A stretch of DNA of 64,000 bases. It comes from Psilocybe cubensis (lineage: Eukaryota). A program made the position numbers and the translations under genes. The notes below the pieces were generated by a model, which was given only the letters and a program-made list of their open reading frames with translations, searched no databases and was not told where the DNA came from. Positions 11,442-22,871 of the stretch are shown one piece after another (position 1 is the first letter of the stretch; the number at the start of each line of letters is the position of its first letter). Location: assembly GCA_017499595.2 (NCBI GenBank), contig CM039002.1, positions 2,914,001 to 2,978,000 on the forward strand, in the 5' to 3' direction.

Positions 11442-12459
11442 AATGTGATTGAAACGATAAAGAGACTTAGGAATACTGTAGATGATAGAGCTCGAGGCAG
11501 GTAGAGCGTCGAAGATGGAAAGCACTAAACAAAAAAAAACCAAGGTTTTATAGAAAAGGTTATGAGACAGCATCACAAGAATTCAACATGATAAATACTA
11601 CTTGGAGAAACATGAAAAACAGAGAAAAAGGATAATAAAATCCATGAGTTGATACGGAGTAGAAAAATGCAAAGACTAACGCTCGGTACGATAGAAAGCG
11701 ATGAGTGGAAACGCCTTTAGCGAATACCATACACACTCCCGAAGCCACTGAGACAAGCAAGTCAGCACGAATAAGATATTACGCGTGATGAGCGTACCAA
11801 GAGCAAACACCATTGTACAGGAGCGATTGCCTTAAGGGATTAAAGACGCCAAAAAAAATGATGGACCAAAATTTGATGTAAAAAAAAAGCCGACAGATGA
11901 TGGTCGCACTACGCATAAAAACACGAAAAAGGTGAACTAGGCGAAGCGACACGTTGATGAGCAAAGGCAAAGAGCAAGCAAAGCAAGAGGAGCTCCATGA
12001 AACGAGAAAAGTAGGCACTCGGTACACCAAATCAAGTTAAAGAACAAATGCAATTTAATGAAGCGCGTCATATGAGGAGACGACAACACCATAGATGAAC
12101 AACCGACCTAATGCCGCGGTCGAGAACAGGAACACCAGGGAAGAGGAACATATGAGAGCGAAGTAGACAGGGTCAAAACGGCGCCGATAGCGAATAAGCA
12201 AGGAGGAAAAATATATGAAAATTTTACAAAATGATCGGTGGTAACAACAACCGGAGAGGAGACAAAACATTAACAACCAGTACGAACCAAGCACGACGAT
12301 GAGAACGGAACAGTAGCAGATTTCGGACAGAAACGGAAAGATTACACAAGAGGGACACACGAATACGAGTCGGAAAGCGAGAAACATCATAAAACCAAAC
12401 GGTCAAACAAGGCCAAAAAAAAAAAAAAGTGAAACAGAATCCCACCCTCAACCAATTGC

Positions 12460-13590
12460 ATGGACCCAAACTATAACCAATACGCTGCGCAGGCCCTCAT
12501 GGACCAAGGGTACTGCGACGCCCGAAAATCGATACACGATGCTATGCCGGTGGTAGACTTTCAGGTATTTTACATATTCATATGGATGGACGAACATACT
12601 GACGATTCCAAAAACACGATTGACAGCTCGAAGATCATAGAGTGGTCTACGTAGAACAACCTCGCTCGTGGAGAATTACACGAACGAATTCCACTGAAGA
12701 ACAAAACTTCTACGTGTACGGCGCAATATGCAGAAACGAATTGCCGCCTATTAAATTAAGGTAAATGATATAACTATATATACAAAATGCATACCCAACT
12801 GACCCAATCGTAGTGACGCAACACCGTCTATGAAGAAGAAAGCGATATATCTTCGACAGGGAGTTAGAATTACCGGACTGCGGAGCAACGGATTCAACGA
12901 CGATGCGGTTAGTATAAAGCATGTACACGAGATGATGAAGACATACCTCAAAAAGGAAGACATAGAGGTAAAGCCGTGGAACTTAAGCATGTACGAAGGT
13001 CATTGGGCGGTCGACGCAAGTACGCGTTACTTCACACCTAGAAAGCATGCGCCGACAGAAGCAGGACTGGCGTTCGATATGGGTGTAGATCCAGACGGCG
13101 TGTTGGCGCACATGAGAGGAGACGATCTCATACACACCATGGACAACAAGGTCGACTATTTGCGAGAAGTCAAAAACGATAACGGTACAAGGTGAGCTTT
13201 GTGGTACATCTCATACACAGCGGCATACTAACAGTATCCGATCAATGACTCAGCACATCGCGTGTGGTTCCCAGCGTGTTCAAAGTTGGAGACATAGTCC
13301 GAGCGACCATAGCATTCATAGGAGTGATGCACAAAGACAAAGCTGTCGCGATGACCACAGTTCTGAGAGCGCTTACGCTCATACATGATGTGGTTAGTGA
13401 GGCAAGCATGTTCAGGGAAAATGAATAACACTGACCTCACAAACAGCAAGACGTACGAAATGGCCCAGCAGAGTTCATAGAGAATGACGCAGAAATCGCG
13501 AAGATACCCGTCATGAAGCGCCGTCGAGTGTATGACGAAGATAGAGAAGTAAGACAAAAGATGGAGGACATGACCATACACAGAGAATAG
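12460..13590 (+). CDS. Helitron accessory gene C (5 exons), uncharacterised, C-terminal KRRR basic patch
   Basis: Four GT-AG introns splice into one frame: MDPNYNQ...VYGAICRNELPP...YLRQGVRITGL...STRYFTPR...VDPDGVL...HTMDNKVDY...PSVFKVGDIVRATIAF...LRALTLI...KRRRVY...HRE*. Divergent from gene B. Confidence 0.8.
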
Positions 13591-14102
13591 AAGAGAAATG
13601 AATATCTTATATTAAAAACATTAGTTGTTAGTATATAACTGCACATTACGCTGACAGAAAGACATAAACAGTTGAAAGACTACATGGCTATCAGGATGGA
13701 ATCTTCACATCAACATCATTTAGAGCGCGATAAAGCAGATAAAGCAGTAGACATATCCACGAGAAATAGACGGCCTAACAGAGACGCATATTGAGGCAGC
13801 TTATGCACAATAAGTACAGACAAGTACATAAAAATATGGTACTGTAGCGAAAACAAAGGAAAGGAATCAAATATAACGACAACGCGCACAGACGGCAACT
13901 AACATAGAGGATGAGGAAGAGAGAGAGAAAAGGGGAAACAGTCTCACGGTGCGGCATAAACGAGCAGCTCGCGAAAAAATTTCGGCAATAAGCGAATGAA
14001 CAAAAGATCAGAATACATAAGCAGAACATTCATTTTGGGAAATAAATTCCCGCGGAAACGCATACCTGACATTGGCCACCTGAGAAAGGCCTGGGAAAAA
14101 GA

Positions 14103-14157
14103 ACGAGTCTATACTCCGTATAGGACTCGTAACCCAACGTCACGCTCTTCCAACTAG
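14103..14157 (+). other. Candidate Helitron terminus: subterminal hairpin followed by CTAG
   Basis: ACGAGTCTATAC-tcc-GTATAGGACTCGT forms a 12-bp stem with a 1-nt bulge. CTAG follows 23 nt later at the compositional switch, but the next base is A rather than the canonical T. Confidence 0.5.
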
Positions 14158-14790
14158 AGTGCTTTACCCTGCCCTCGTTATCTATTTGCTATCTTTTTGC
14201 TCCAGATACCTACGATCATCTCAGCTCATATGTTACGTTTATGCTGCGTTTGTATGTACGTCTATGTTTTGCCACATCTGTGTCCTGTATCATTATTATT
14301 GTCACAACTCCACGCGCCCAGCCCTGACTGGAATAGCCAATTTAAACAACTCGCACTATTTGTGCACATCCAAATTTAAGCGCGGGCTCCGCTATTTATA
14401 TGTCTTGGTCGTGCTTGACAGATTGCGTCGGACAGCTGAGGCTTCTGCCAGAGTAATCGGTTTGTAATAGTAAGTTTATTTGGCGCTTATCTGGCCTCTA
14501 CAACCGAGATGAAGCCGCATTGTAGTTCTTTAAATCATTGAAGTAAGAGATTGGCATTTGTTTTGAGTAGATGAAAGGAAAGAAAGGAAATGAAACTGCG
14601 AATAAGTGACATCCATGAACTCAGCCCCCTCCGTTAATAACCTAAGTTTCTCCTCTTCGATAGACTGATCTCTGTGGTACCCGTATGTCATCCGATCTAT
14701 GAACGCAATTTAGTCTAGCGTCGACTGGATAAGGGATGGGGTAATAGTAAAACAATGCCTACCAATTTCTGCTTCACGCTCCACAAGAGA

Positions 14791-15969
14791 CTAATCGGAT
14801 GAGGTTTCGCTGATCGCGGGGCCGATATGAATAAATGGACTGCCCTCTTCGCTGAAGGACAGTGAGTCCGCAATGGCGTCCTGTGCGCCTTCGTTTACTG
14901 GCGCGCCTATTCACAGTAACTAAGTTGAACGTTTGGAAGCGAATAAACGATGCAGTATACCAATTACTTCTTGTACAAAGTTAAGAACGATTGGGGAGGA
15001 TGGCGCGGGTGTCACGATTCGATAACGTGTACCTGAAGATTCAGATAGAGGGCACACATTCAATTTTGTAATTGAAATTTCTGCGTTGAATTTCCTCACC
15101 GTTGAATCTTCCCGTTTCCAAGCTTCGTCTCATGAATAACGCAGGGTCCTATATGCAATGTCAATGTGTTAAACTCAGAGATAAATCTGAGATATGTAAC
15201 CGTGCCCACCGTTCCTTGAAAGATCCCTGAGTTTAAACATCAAATTTAAATTTCAATAAAAACACACCTTCTTCCCCCAAAGCATTACCCATTATCTCCC
15301 CGACCTATTGGTTTGTAATCAGTCGAGAGCAGAGTGCACTGTTGGACCATTATTATTACCTCTTCCCGTGCCGACTCATCTACAGGAGATGCTGAGCTCC
15401 CTCTGGCTGCAATTTAATCAAATCAATTGGTCTTAGATATGTACTTTTTTGCCGGTCTTCCAGGTCATAATATACGAACCTTCTGAAACGGAGTCCTCTG
15501 AGTCCCGTTCCAACTCTCCTGGTCCAAGCCAGAGGTGTGCAATCGCCTGTATTACCACATCTTCCATCGTACACGTTTTTTTCTTTTTTGGGATGAGTGC
15601 AAGGAATGAAGGTAAGAACATTTAGAATGGTGCTCGGTAGACAGAACATACTTTGTAATCCGTCATGAGCGTTGTGTACATGTCGGTATAGTTTTCTACG
15701 TCTGTTTTTTTAATTCTTGATAATAGTTTGTTTTTATGCTTAATAACATTTGACTTCAAGCTACCGTCGCCTTAGTATGATATACAGTGGATGAAACGGA
15801 TGTCTTACATTGAAAATTGTTGCATCTTTTCCTTTGCCAATTCTCGGTCTGTCTCGATAGTATCTATAGCCTCAATGCAAAGGTCGATCGCTTGTATCAA
15901 AATCTTCGCGTCATCAACAGGTTTAAACTGTAATTTGAGTGCTTTTAAAAAGTTCGGTAGGTTCGGCAT
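14791..15969 (-). CDS. Unknown helical protein family copy X1 (IDxCI / LWxGPG motifs, acidic tail)
   Basis: Exons MPNLPNFLKAL...IDLCIEAIDTIETDRELAKEKMQQF / LKSNVIKH...YTTLMTDYK / ...AIAHLWLGPGEL. The last exon (APVNEGAQDAIADSLSFSEEGSPFIHIGPAISETSSD*) is homologous to the last exon of X3. The first two intron positions are shared with X2 and X3. Confidence 0.75.
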
Positions 15970-16498
15970 ATTGACGTGGGTGGTCAAAGGGACGGAAAGT
16001 AGAATTTTCAAAAACTACCGTAGACGCAATGGTACTTATAATGTTAACATGCACACAACACTGATTTGGCAGAGATATCGATCGGTAAGACTAGATGTCT
16101 TCCTGAGTCATCAGACTCGTCTTCTATATGCCACGTCAAGACGTCATGGTGGTGTGTACAGTGTGTGTCGCAGTGACTTATCAGTTTGACCGAATCGGAT
16201 ATGATAAGTCCGATCCATCGATAATAAGAAGCACTGTAGAACGTGGATTTCTGAGGTTTTGGGACTGTTAAACAGGACGTTGAAACAGATGAAGAATGTT
16301 CAGCCAACTTTAGTTACAGTGCCGTACTCTCACAACCTGAAGAATTCGTGAGTCATGAGGTGACTGTGAATCAAATGGGATCAAATGTCGGCCTAAAAGA
16401 GTCTAAAGGTCCCTATTGTTCTACTCCAATCCTTATCGTTGGGCCATATTATCTTATATAGGACTATAGCCCCAAACATGGATTGAGTAGTTGCGTTT

Positions 16499-18025
16499 GG
16501 AGGAAGTGAAATTTGATGTAGTACCACCGACATTAGATTTTCCCTCTACCTCATGATTACGTTCTTACGGTTCAGAAGCACCGAGAATTATATTTAGGGG
16601 ACTAGGGATTGCGTTCATCACACCTAATAAAATACACTACATGGCTTCAAGAAAAGCGTGATTATTTCCATGTTCGTGTAGTTGTAATATGAAAAGATGT
16701 TTATCGCGTGGGGTTCCATCCAAACCGAACTTTCACCCTGTCGAAGGTCGACAGCTTCAGGGTAGGGGGGGCTCCATCGGGGATTAATTTCTCCGATTTC
16801 CATCGCCATATACGACTAGTCATTCTGCCAGTTTTTCTTGAATCTTCGATGATTTTCTTACATATATCGACAGAACCTGCCGCATTGGGTCGATCGTTTG
16901 GATTTGTCTTGGTCATGGCGTCAGCTAACTCAGAAAACGCATCAAGACCTTTATATTTCTGTTCTACTGCGTTAATATAATGCTATGGCTTGACTGAAGC
17001 GCTAGTAGCATACCTCGATACACTCTTTAAAAACATTTCCCAGCTGGTATATATCGACCATAAAAATGTCACACCACTCCGGCTTCGACATCTCTGGGAC
17101 GGTTCGGTCTTGACCCCATCGTCCTCGTCCTTTTGCATCTTTGCTTTGACATCTGACAGAGATTCCAAAGTCAATAATATAGTACTGAACAGGCTGAACG
17201 GTCCATCGTGGCTTCCAATGAAATTTTTTGAATGGTATTCCAGTGTGAGAATCCCAGCGCGAAAAGTGGCTTCCCTTTGGAATCACTTTAGAAATGTCCA
17301 TCATTATATTACCCCAACACATATCCCTGATAGTTTCTAAACGTCAATGTCGTGAATAATCACAGGGGTACAAGGCAAATACCTGTGTGCCACATTATGT
17401 TCGTGCAAAAACTCGAGTCCCTGTGGGTTCGTTGATTCAGGACTCAGTGATAGTTCCACTGTTCAGAAAGAAGGAAAGCTCACTTGGAGTATCTGTAGAG
17501 CAAATTCAGAGAATTCTCCAAAAAATCTAAACGGAAGCAAGTGAAAGGCTAGAAGCTGAGGCATAACCAAAAGGGCATGAGCATCATCGCCCGGAATCAT
17601 GATGACGTCTAGTATAGGCACAGAGCAATTTCTGGGATCCTCTTTCCATGTTTTAGAAGACAGAAGCGTAGCAAGCGGAATCTCTTGAGAGTCGGTTGAT
17701 ACTTTCTTGAGAACGACCTTCTGACCGTTGTCTAGTTTGACTGCATCATTTAAAACGGCTAGCTTCATGAAGAAATATAAGTAGTTAGTGCCATGCAGAA
17801 TAGTCAAGAAGGAAAGGACCAAACTGTGCCCAGACAATCCTCGCACATGATGGGAGAGGGCCGTTTTTTGCCCCGCTTTACCTGACGCCATGAAGGTACC
17901 CAGTTTGGATCATATCTTGGTCGAAGACGATAGCCCCGGTGTAGAAGAAATGGCTGCATAGTGATCCAGAACTTCTCGTGTCCATAAATCAGAAACATAT
18001 GGTCAGGTTCGGTCGACATGGTGAG
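16499..18025. repeat. Direct segmental duplication, copy 1 (partner 22872-24400, offset ~6375 bp)
   Basis: Sequence and ORF-track translations are essentially identical between the two copies. Confidence 0.95.
16701..18019 (-). CDS. AgaK1-type fungal protein kinase K1 (5 exons)
   Basis: FW..MQPFLLHRGYRLRPRYDPNWVPSW N-terminal signature, VVLKKV, HRDMCWGN split by an intron, YYIIDFGIS, GQDRTVPEM, VDIYQLGN, PNDRP. Four GT-AG introns. Confidence 0.9.
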
Positions 18026-18573
18026 TGTTCAATTTACGGTTTGTAAGTATTAAAATATGAACATTTACCCACGTTTTCACACAACATAGTGGCTGTGTAT
18101 GGTTGGCGGAACATCTTCACATCAGATTCCCACATCAGGTCGTTGTCTTGCCCGTCCAATCGGCGCGGCGGAGCCAAAATGAGTACAACATAATGTCTAA
18201 CGTCTCGCTACTAATGACGTTGAGAAGTACTTACCGTGAAAGATATGTACCTAGTAATCCGTACTGGATAAGAGTTTTTTTCACGCATAACATACTTAAA
18301 ATGCTCACATTTCTTATCTCAATTAGGCGCCGGATCTTCTATTTATAAGTTGTCAGTCTACCTTAATAGAAGATCGACCGGCCAACAGCAACGTTGTCTT
18401 ACGAGAGTGTGTGGCAGCTAGCTTCATACCATGGGTACGTATACGTAACTCACAATTTCACGCTCATTTTCCTATTCGTTTCATTGACATTTAAAGATCA
18501 AATTTAGTGAGCAATAAAAGAGATACAGGTAATTCAAAGTCGCCCCTACACGGGCCACGCCAGTCTAGGCTTG

Positions 18574-19894
18574 TCAGATTGCTGTCCGCCCCTCTATTCT
18601 TCACGATATCCATACATGAGTCGATCTGCAAAGTGGAAATGAAATACAACCTACCATATTCATCTTCACGGGCAACAGCAGAGGTGCTCTCATTAATTGT
18701 TTCAATGGTCTGAGGCTCTGCCTGAGATGTTGGCACCCGAAGATGCATTCCCTACGTCGCCTTTTTGTGGGGATTAACTTCGGAGGTGTGGAATGGTAAA
18801 GGATGAAGCATACCAAGCGCTTGGAAGACAGAATCCAAAAACGCAGAGGATGGTATCGGAGTGACAATACGATAACGCCTCCCTGACCATGGCATACAGA
18901 AATTTAGTTATGCATCTGAGATTTATGCGTCAAATCACACACCATCAGCAAATTTCCGCGCCAATTCTAAGCTCTTTCTCATAATCAGATCTGCGTCCTA
19001 ATCGAAAACGCTGTTTTAATACTCTATGCCATTATACCGCAGACAGTAAAATAGCATTAAAACTACTTGACCTACCTCCCAAGTTCCTTGAATAAATTTC
19101 ACTTTATTTTCAATGAAACAAGATATGAGATCTACATAGAGACACACCTTTTGATGCTAAAGCACTATCGATTAACTCGCCAACCTGCCCGTAGAATCAT
19201 TAGTTGGAAATTCTATCCCAGGAATGAATTTATACCTCGTCCTGAGCAGCTTCATCTACTGGAGATGACATAACCCCAGCTGTCATTCGTCAGATTCCAG
19301 TTACGCGGCTATTCAGCTAACTAAGTAAATGCCACTTACAATCTGTACTTAGTTCTTCATTGTCGCTTGACTGCTGGTCGCTTGACTGCTGGTCTGCGAC
19401 ATATATCGGTGTGGAATTTTCACCGGAGTCTGAGACAATGAGTTTTCCAGGGCCAAACCAGAGGCGCGCGATGGTGTTAATGATAACTTGTTTATTAGTA
19501 ATAGTTTTGTTCTAGTTCAATGTGAGCCTGGATCTGCTAGTGGTTGATAGGGAATGAGAACGTACACTGTAGTCTTGAAGGAGACTATTGTACACTTCAG
19601 TATAGGTTTGGACTTCGTGCGGCTTGACCTTCGTAAACAATTTATCGGTATTTGCGATGATGAACCCTTGGAGCCTAGAGTTCGACAGTGAGCATGAACA
19701 CTTACTATGGAAGGAAAGCCAACATACCGTTTAAATTCTGAAATTTTTCGGTCTGCCAACTTTGGAGTTTTCTCCACGAGTCGAATAGTCGCAATGCACA
19801 TGTCGATCGTACGTATTAAATCTGAGACATCGTCAAAAGGTTGGCCCGAAATAAGCCTCTTCAAGAATGCAGGTATACGCTGTCTTGTTGACAT
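18574..19894 (-). CDS. Unknown helical protein family copy X2
   Basis: MSTRQRIPAFLKRL...IDMCIATI...LADRKISEF / LQGFII...YNSLLQDYS / ...TIARLWFGPGKL; the late exon INESTSAVAREDEY matches X3 ISENSSAVAREECD. The 3' end is provisional. Confidence 0.7.
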
Positions 19895-20544
19895 TTCACG
19901 TGTCGTGTGGTGGTTGTTTCAATACAGGAGGGAGAAACTGAGTTATCCAGGCGCGTTCAGTCAAAGATGCAGTGGTTTATATATTTTGGCACGGTCGATA
20001 TCGATTTCTATTGATTCTGTTTGTGTATTGACGTCCTTCCCACGTCATGTCGCAAGACTTCTGACCTGTCGTGGATCCGTTACAGCGAGCGTGATATCTC
20101 AATTGAATAAAAGAGAGCGAGGGTTTATCCGGGACGTCTCGAGGTACACAAGTTAGGCCCAGTGTCCTGGTACAGTTAGCTAGCAGGTAAACACAGACAG
20201 AATATGAGTATTTCACAGCAGCGGTCAGACCCCTGAACTCTGTAACAATTTCAAAATTGCCATTGATTTATTAAAACAGTCGCCAGCAACAATCCGCGAA
20301 GCGATACTTCAGATTGCTCTGATTTGATCCAGTCATTTGGTTCAGCCTTGTCTAGTTTAGAGAATGGTCCTGTAAATCCGTCGAAAAGGTTGGATAAAGA
20401 CAGGAGACCGGAAAACAAGGAATACTACTACCGATATCTGATCTTCCCTCACCGTCATCCAAGGTGTGATATCATTGTAGGAACCCGTAATTGCTTACTT
20501 TGAAAAGAAAGATCTTTATCCATAAAAATTGAATTAGCATACAT

Positions 20545-21830
20545 TCAAACTGTAGGATTCCATCCACATCTGACTTGCATCCTCTCAAGTGTTGTAAGCA
20601 TTAAGCCAGAACCTAACTTTCCATCGAGTAGCCTTTTGATCTTCCATACGCGATTGGTCATATTATCCGTTCCTGTCGCGTCAGCGATGATCTTCTTGCA
20701 CATGCGGACAGACTCCGCAGCAGTGGGCCGTTCGTTTGGATTCTCCTTTGTCATCATATCAGCTAGTTCAGCAAAGGCATAGAGGCCTTGGTAAGTCTGA
20801 CATTCCAAGTTAGCTTCAGGTCATTCAGAATCTTGGTAACGTACCGAGAGGCATTGTTTGAACACATTTCCCAACTGGTAAATGTCAACCATAAGAAGAT
20901 TGCACCATTCGTTCTTCAGCATTTCTGGTACAGTCTTGTCTTGACCCCATTGCCCCAAGCCTAGAGCATCTTTGTCCAGGCATTTCATAGAAATTCCAAA
21001 GTCAATGATGTAGTATTGAACAGGCTTCACAGACCATCGTGTCTTCCATTCAAACTTCTTGAATGGTTTCCCTGTATGAGAGTTCCACAGTACAAAATGG
21101 GTTCCTTTAGGGATGACCTTTGAAGGGTCCATCATTATGTTGCCCCAGCAGATATCTCTGTTGTGTATACATATGAGCATTCGCGATAAGTTCGGCTGTA
21201 TAGGGCTCACCCGTGAGCTATGTTTCCGTCATGCAAAAATTCGAGTCCCTGTACGTTGTTGAATACGAACGTCAAGTCCTAGCATAAAGCACCGACTTGC
21301 CTGCAATATTTGTAAGGCAAACTCGCAAAATTCTCCAAGAAACCTGAATGGAAGCAAATGGAAGGCTAAAAGCTGAGGCATCACGATGAAAGCATGGTCA
21401 TCGTCGCATGGGATCATGATGACGTCCAATATCGGAACACAGCAGTTCCTGGGATCCTTCTTCCACTCTTTTGAGGAAAACGTCGTGGCAAATGGAATCT
21501 CTTGCGTCGCTGTTTCTACTTTCTTGAGAACAACCTTCTGACCGTCCTCCATTCTAATTGCGTCGATCAAAATGTCTCCCTTCTTGAAGAATCGTTGATA
21601 AACGGTTGGTATACATAATAAAAAATAAAGGACTCAACTGAAAATAGACTGTCTTCGTACAGCAAGGGATTAGGGTCCTTACCAGGCTTGACCTGCAGCC
21701 ATGATGGCTTCCAGTTCGGGTCGTATCTTGGTCGTAGTCGGTACCCTCGTTGCAGAAGAAATGGCTGAATATCGACCCAGAACTGCTCCCACTCACGAAT
21801 CAGAAAGAATTCATCCGACAGGGAAGACAT
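20545..21830 (-). CDS. AgaK1-type protein kinase K2 (catalytic loop HGD)
   Basis: Same motifs and intron pattern as K1; spliced CAC-GG|A-GAT gives HGDICWGN. Inverted paralog of K7. Confidence 0.9.
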
Positions 21831-22387
21831 GCTCGACGACGTTTGAATTGTGAGTGTAAACGTTTCGACAAACTGACGTTACAAACCTTGACCCATGATT
21901 CCCACCCTAGTCAGACGTTGCCCAATCATTTGATTAGCGGACCAATCACCTGGTTCGCGGCTGCCATCCGATATCGGTTTCACCATTTACCATACTCTAT
22001 TTTCAAAGTGCCTTAAGTATGTCACGTCGTCTGTGAATAAAAGCACTGAAGTAAAAGCTAGTATACATAGTTTCAATTCTTTGATTGCCATTTACGAGAA
22101 AATGCAACTCAGTGGTCATACGTAGATTGGAAGAAATTTGGAAAACCGAATTTTGATCACGAACGATTCGTGGTCATAATTATCACTTTTTCAACATTTT
22201 TTCGCATTTTATGCATCTGTAACCATTGAATGATTTGATAACTTTATTTAAAAAATTATCCGCATGTTTTATTGAAAATGGACTAGTTGACCAATTTTCA
22301 AAGAACTGTGAGATTCAAGGCGCATGTGGTTCGTCATCGGACATAACCGACGATTTTTTTGGGTTTCTGTCACCATACCCTGACGCC

Positions 22388-22594
22388 GACATGGCCCCTC
22401 TCGTGGACGACCAGAACCCTCTGTATTTCCCAGGTATAACTGCGGATGCACACTTTCAATCACTTCGGAGAAGTCTCTCGCATTTCAAAGCGTTCACAGA
22501 ATAGTTCCTCACAGTCGGGATCTTTCTCTATAGTTTGTTCATGTCTTTGGAAGGATTTCACATAAAGCAGACGCAGGTTCTGATGCTAAAGAAG
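22388..22594 (+). pseudogene. Decayed 5' fragment of the LRR gene at 26243
   Basis: MAPLVDDQNPLYFPGITADA matches 26243 onward. A 2-nt insertion (tctctcg vs tctcg) shifts the frame into a stop; homology ends at ~22594. Confidence 0.85.
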
Positions 22595-22871
22595 CTCAAA
22601 ATCGCCGGGGACCTATAATAGCCTCAACACGTTTTGACCACTATACTATCCAGCCCACCGTTTGACCCCAACCTCACGACACTCGAGCATTGCAAACCCA
22701 ACAGGACGGACATGCTCCTCCTCGTCCAAATCTCCATTCCGCCTCATTTCAAACGCCTTCTTTCTCTTCGGCCCTCCAAGCCCACTAGCTCTAGACTCCT
22801 CGACTATCCTGACGCAGCATACAAGTGGCAATTAATGAACTTTTTTTTCAAGTAGAAGAGGAAGCATTCTG

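Larger units (their letters stand above)
1..14157 (-). mobile_element. Helitron-like rolling-circle transposon, putatively autonomous; left end lies outside the window
   Basis: Contains a RepHel ORF plus two accessory genes. The plus strand is strongly A/purine-rich from ~7.3 to 14.1 kb and switches to T-rich just after a hairpin (14103-14130) and CTAG (14154-14157). The right boundary is inferred. Confidence 0.85.

Noticed and set aside
11560-12469. Very hydrophobic minus-strand ORFs resembling membrane proteins
   Set aside because: By-product of the A-rich plus-strand skew (T-rich codons); no motifs; they lie in the B/C intergenic region.
16624-16809. ORF MAMEIGEINPRW duplicated at 22999-23184
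   Set aside because: Off-frame overlap with the kinase last exon; repeated only because of the duplication.
22634-22855. 73-aa ORF in the filler segment
   Set aside because: No ATG start and no recognisable family; kept only as junction filler.
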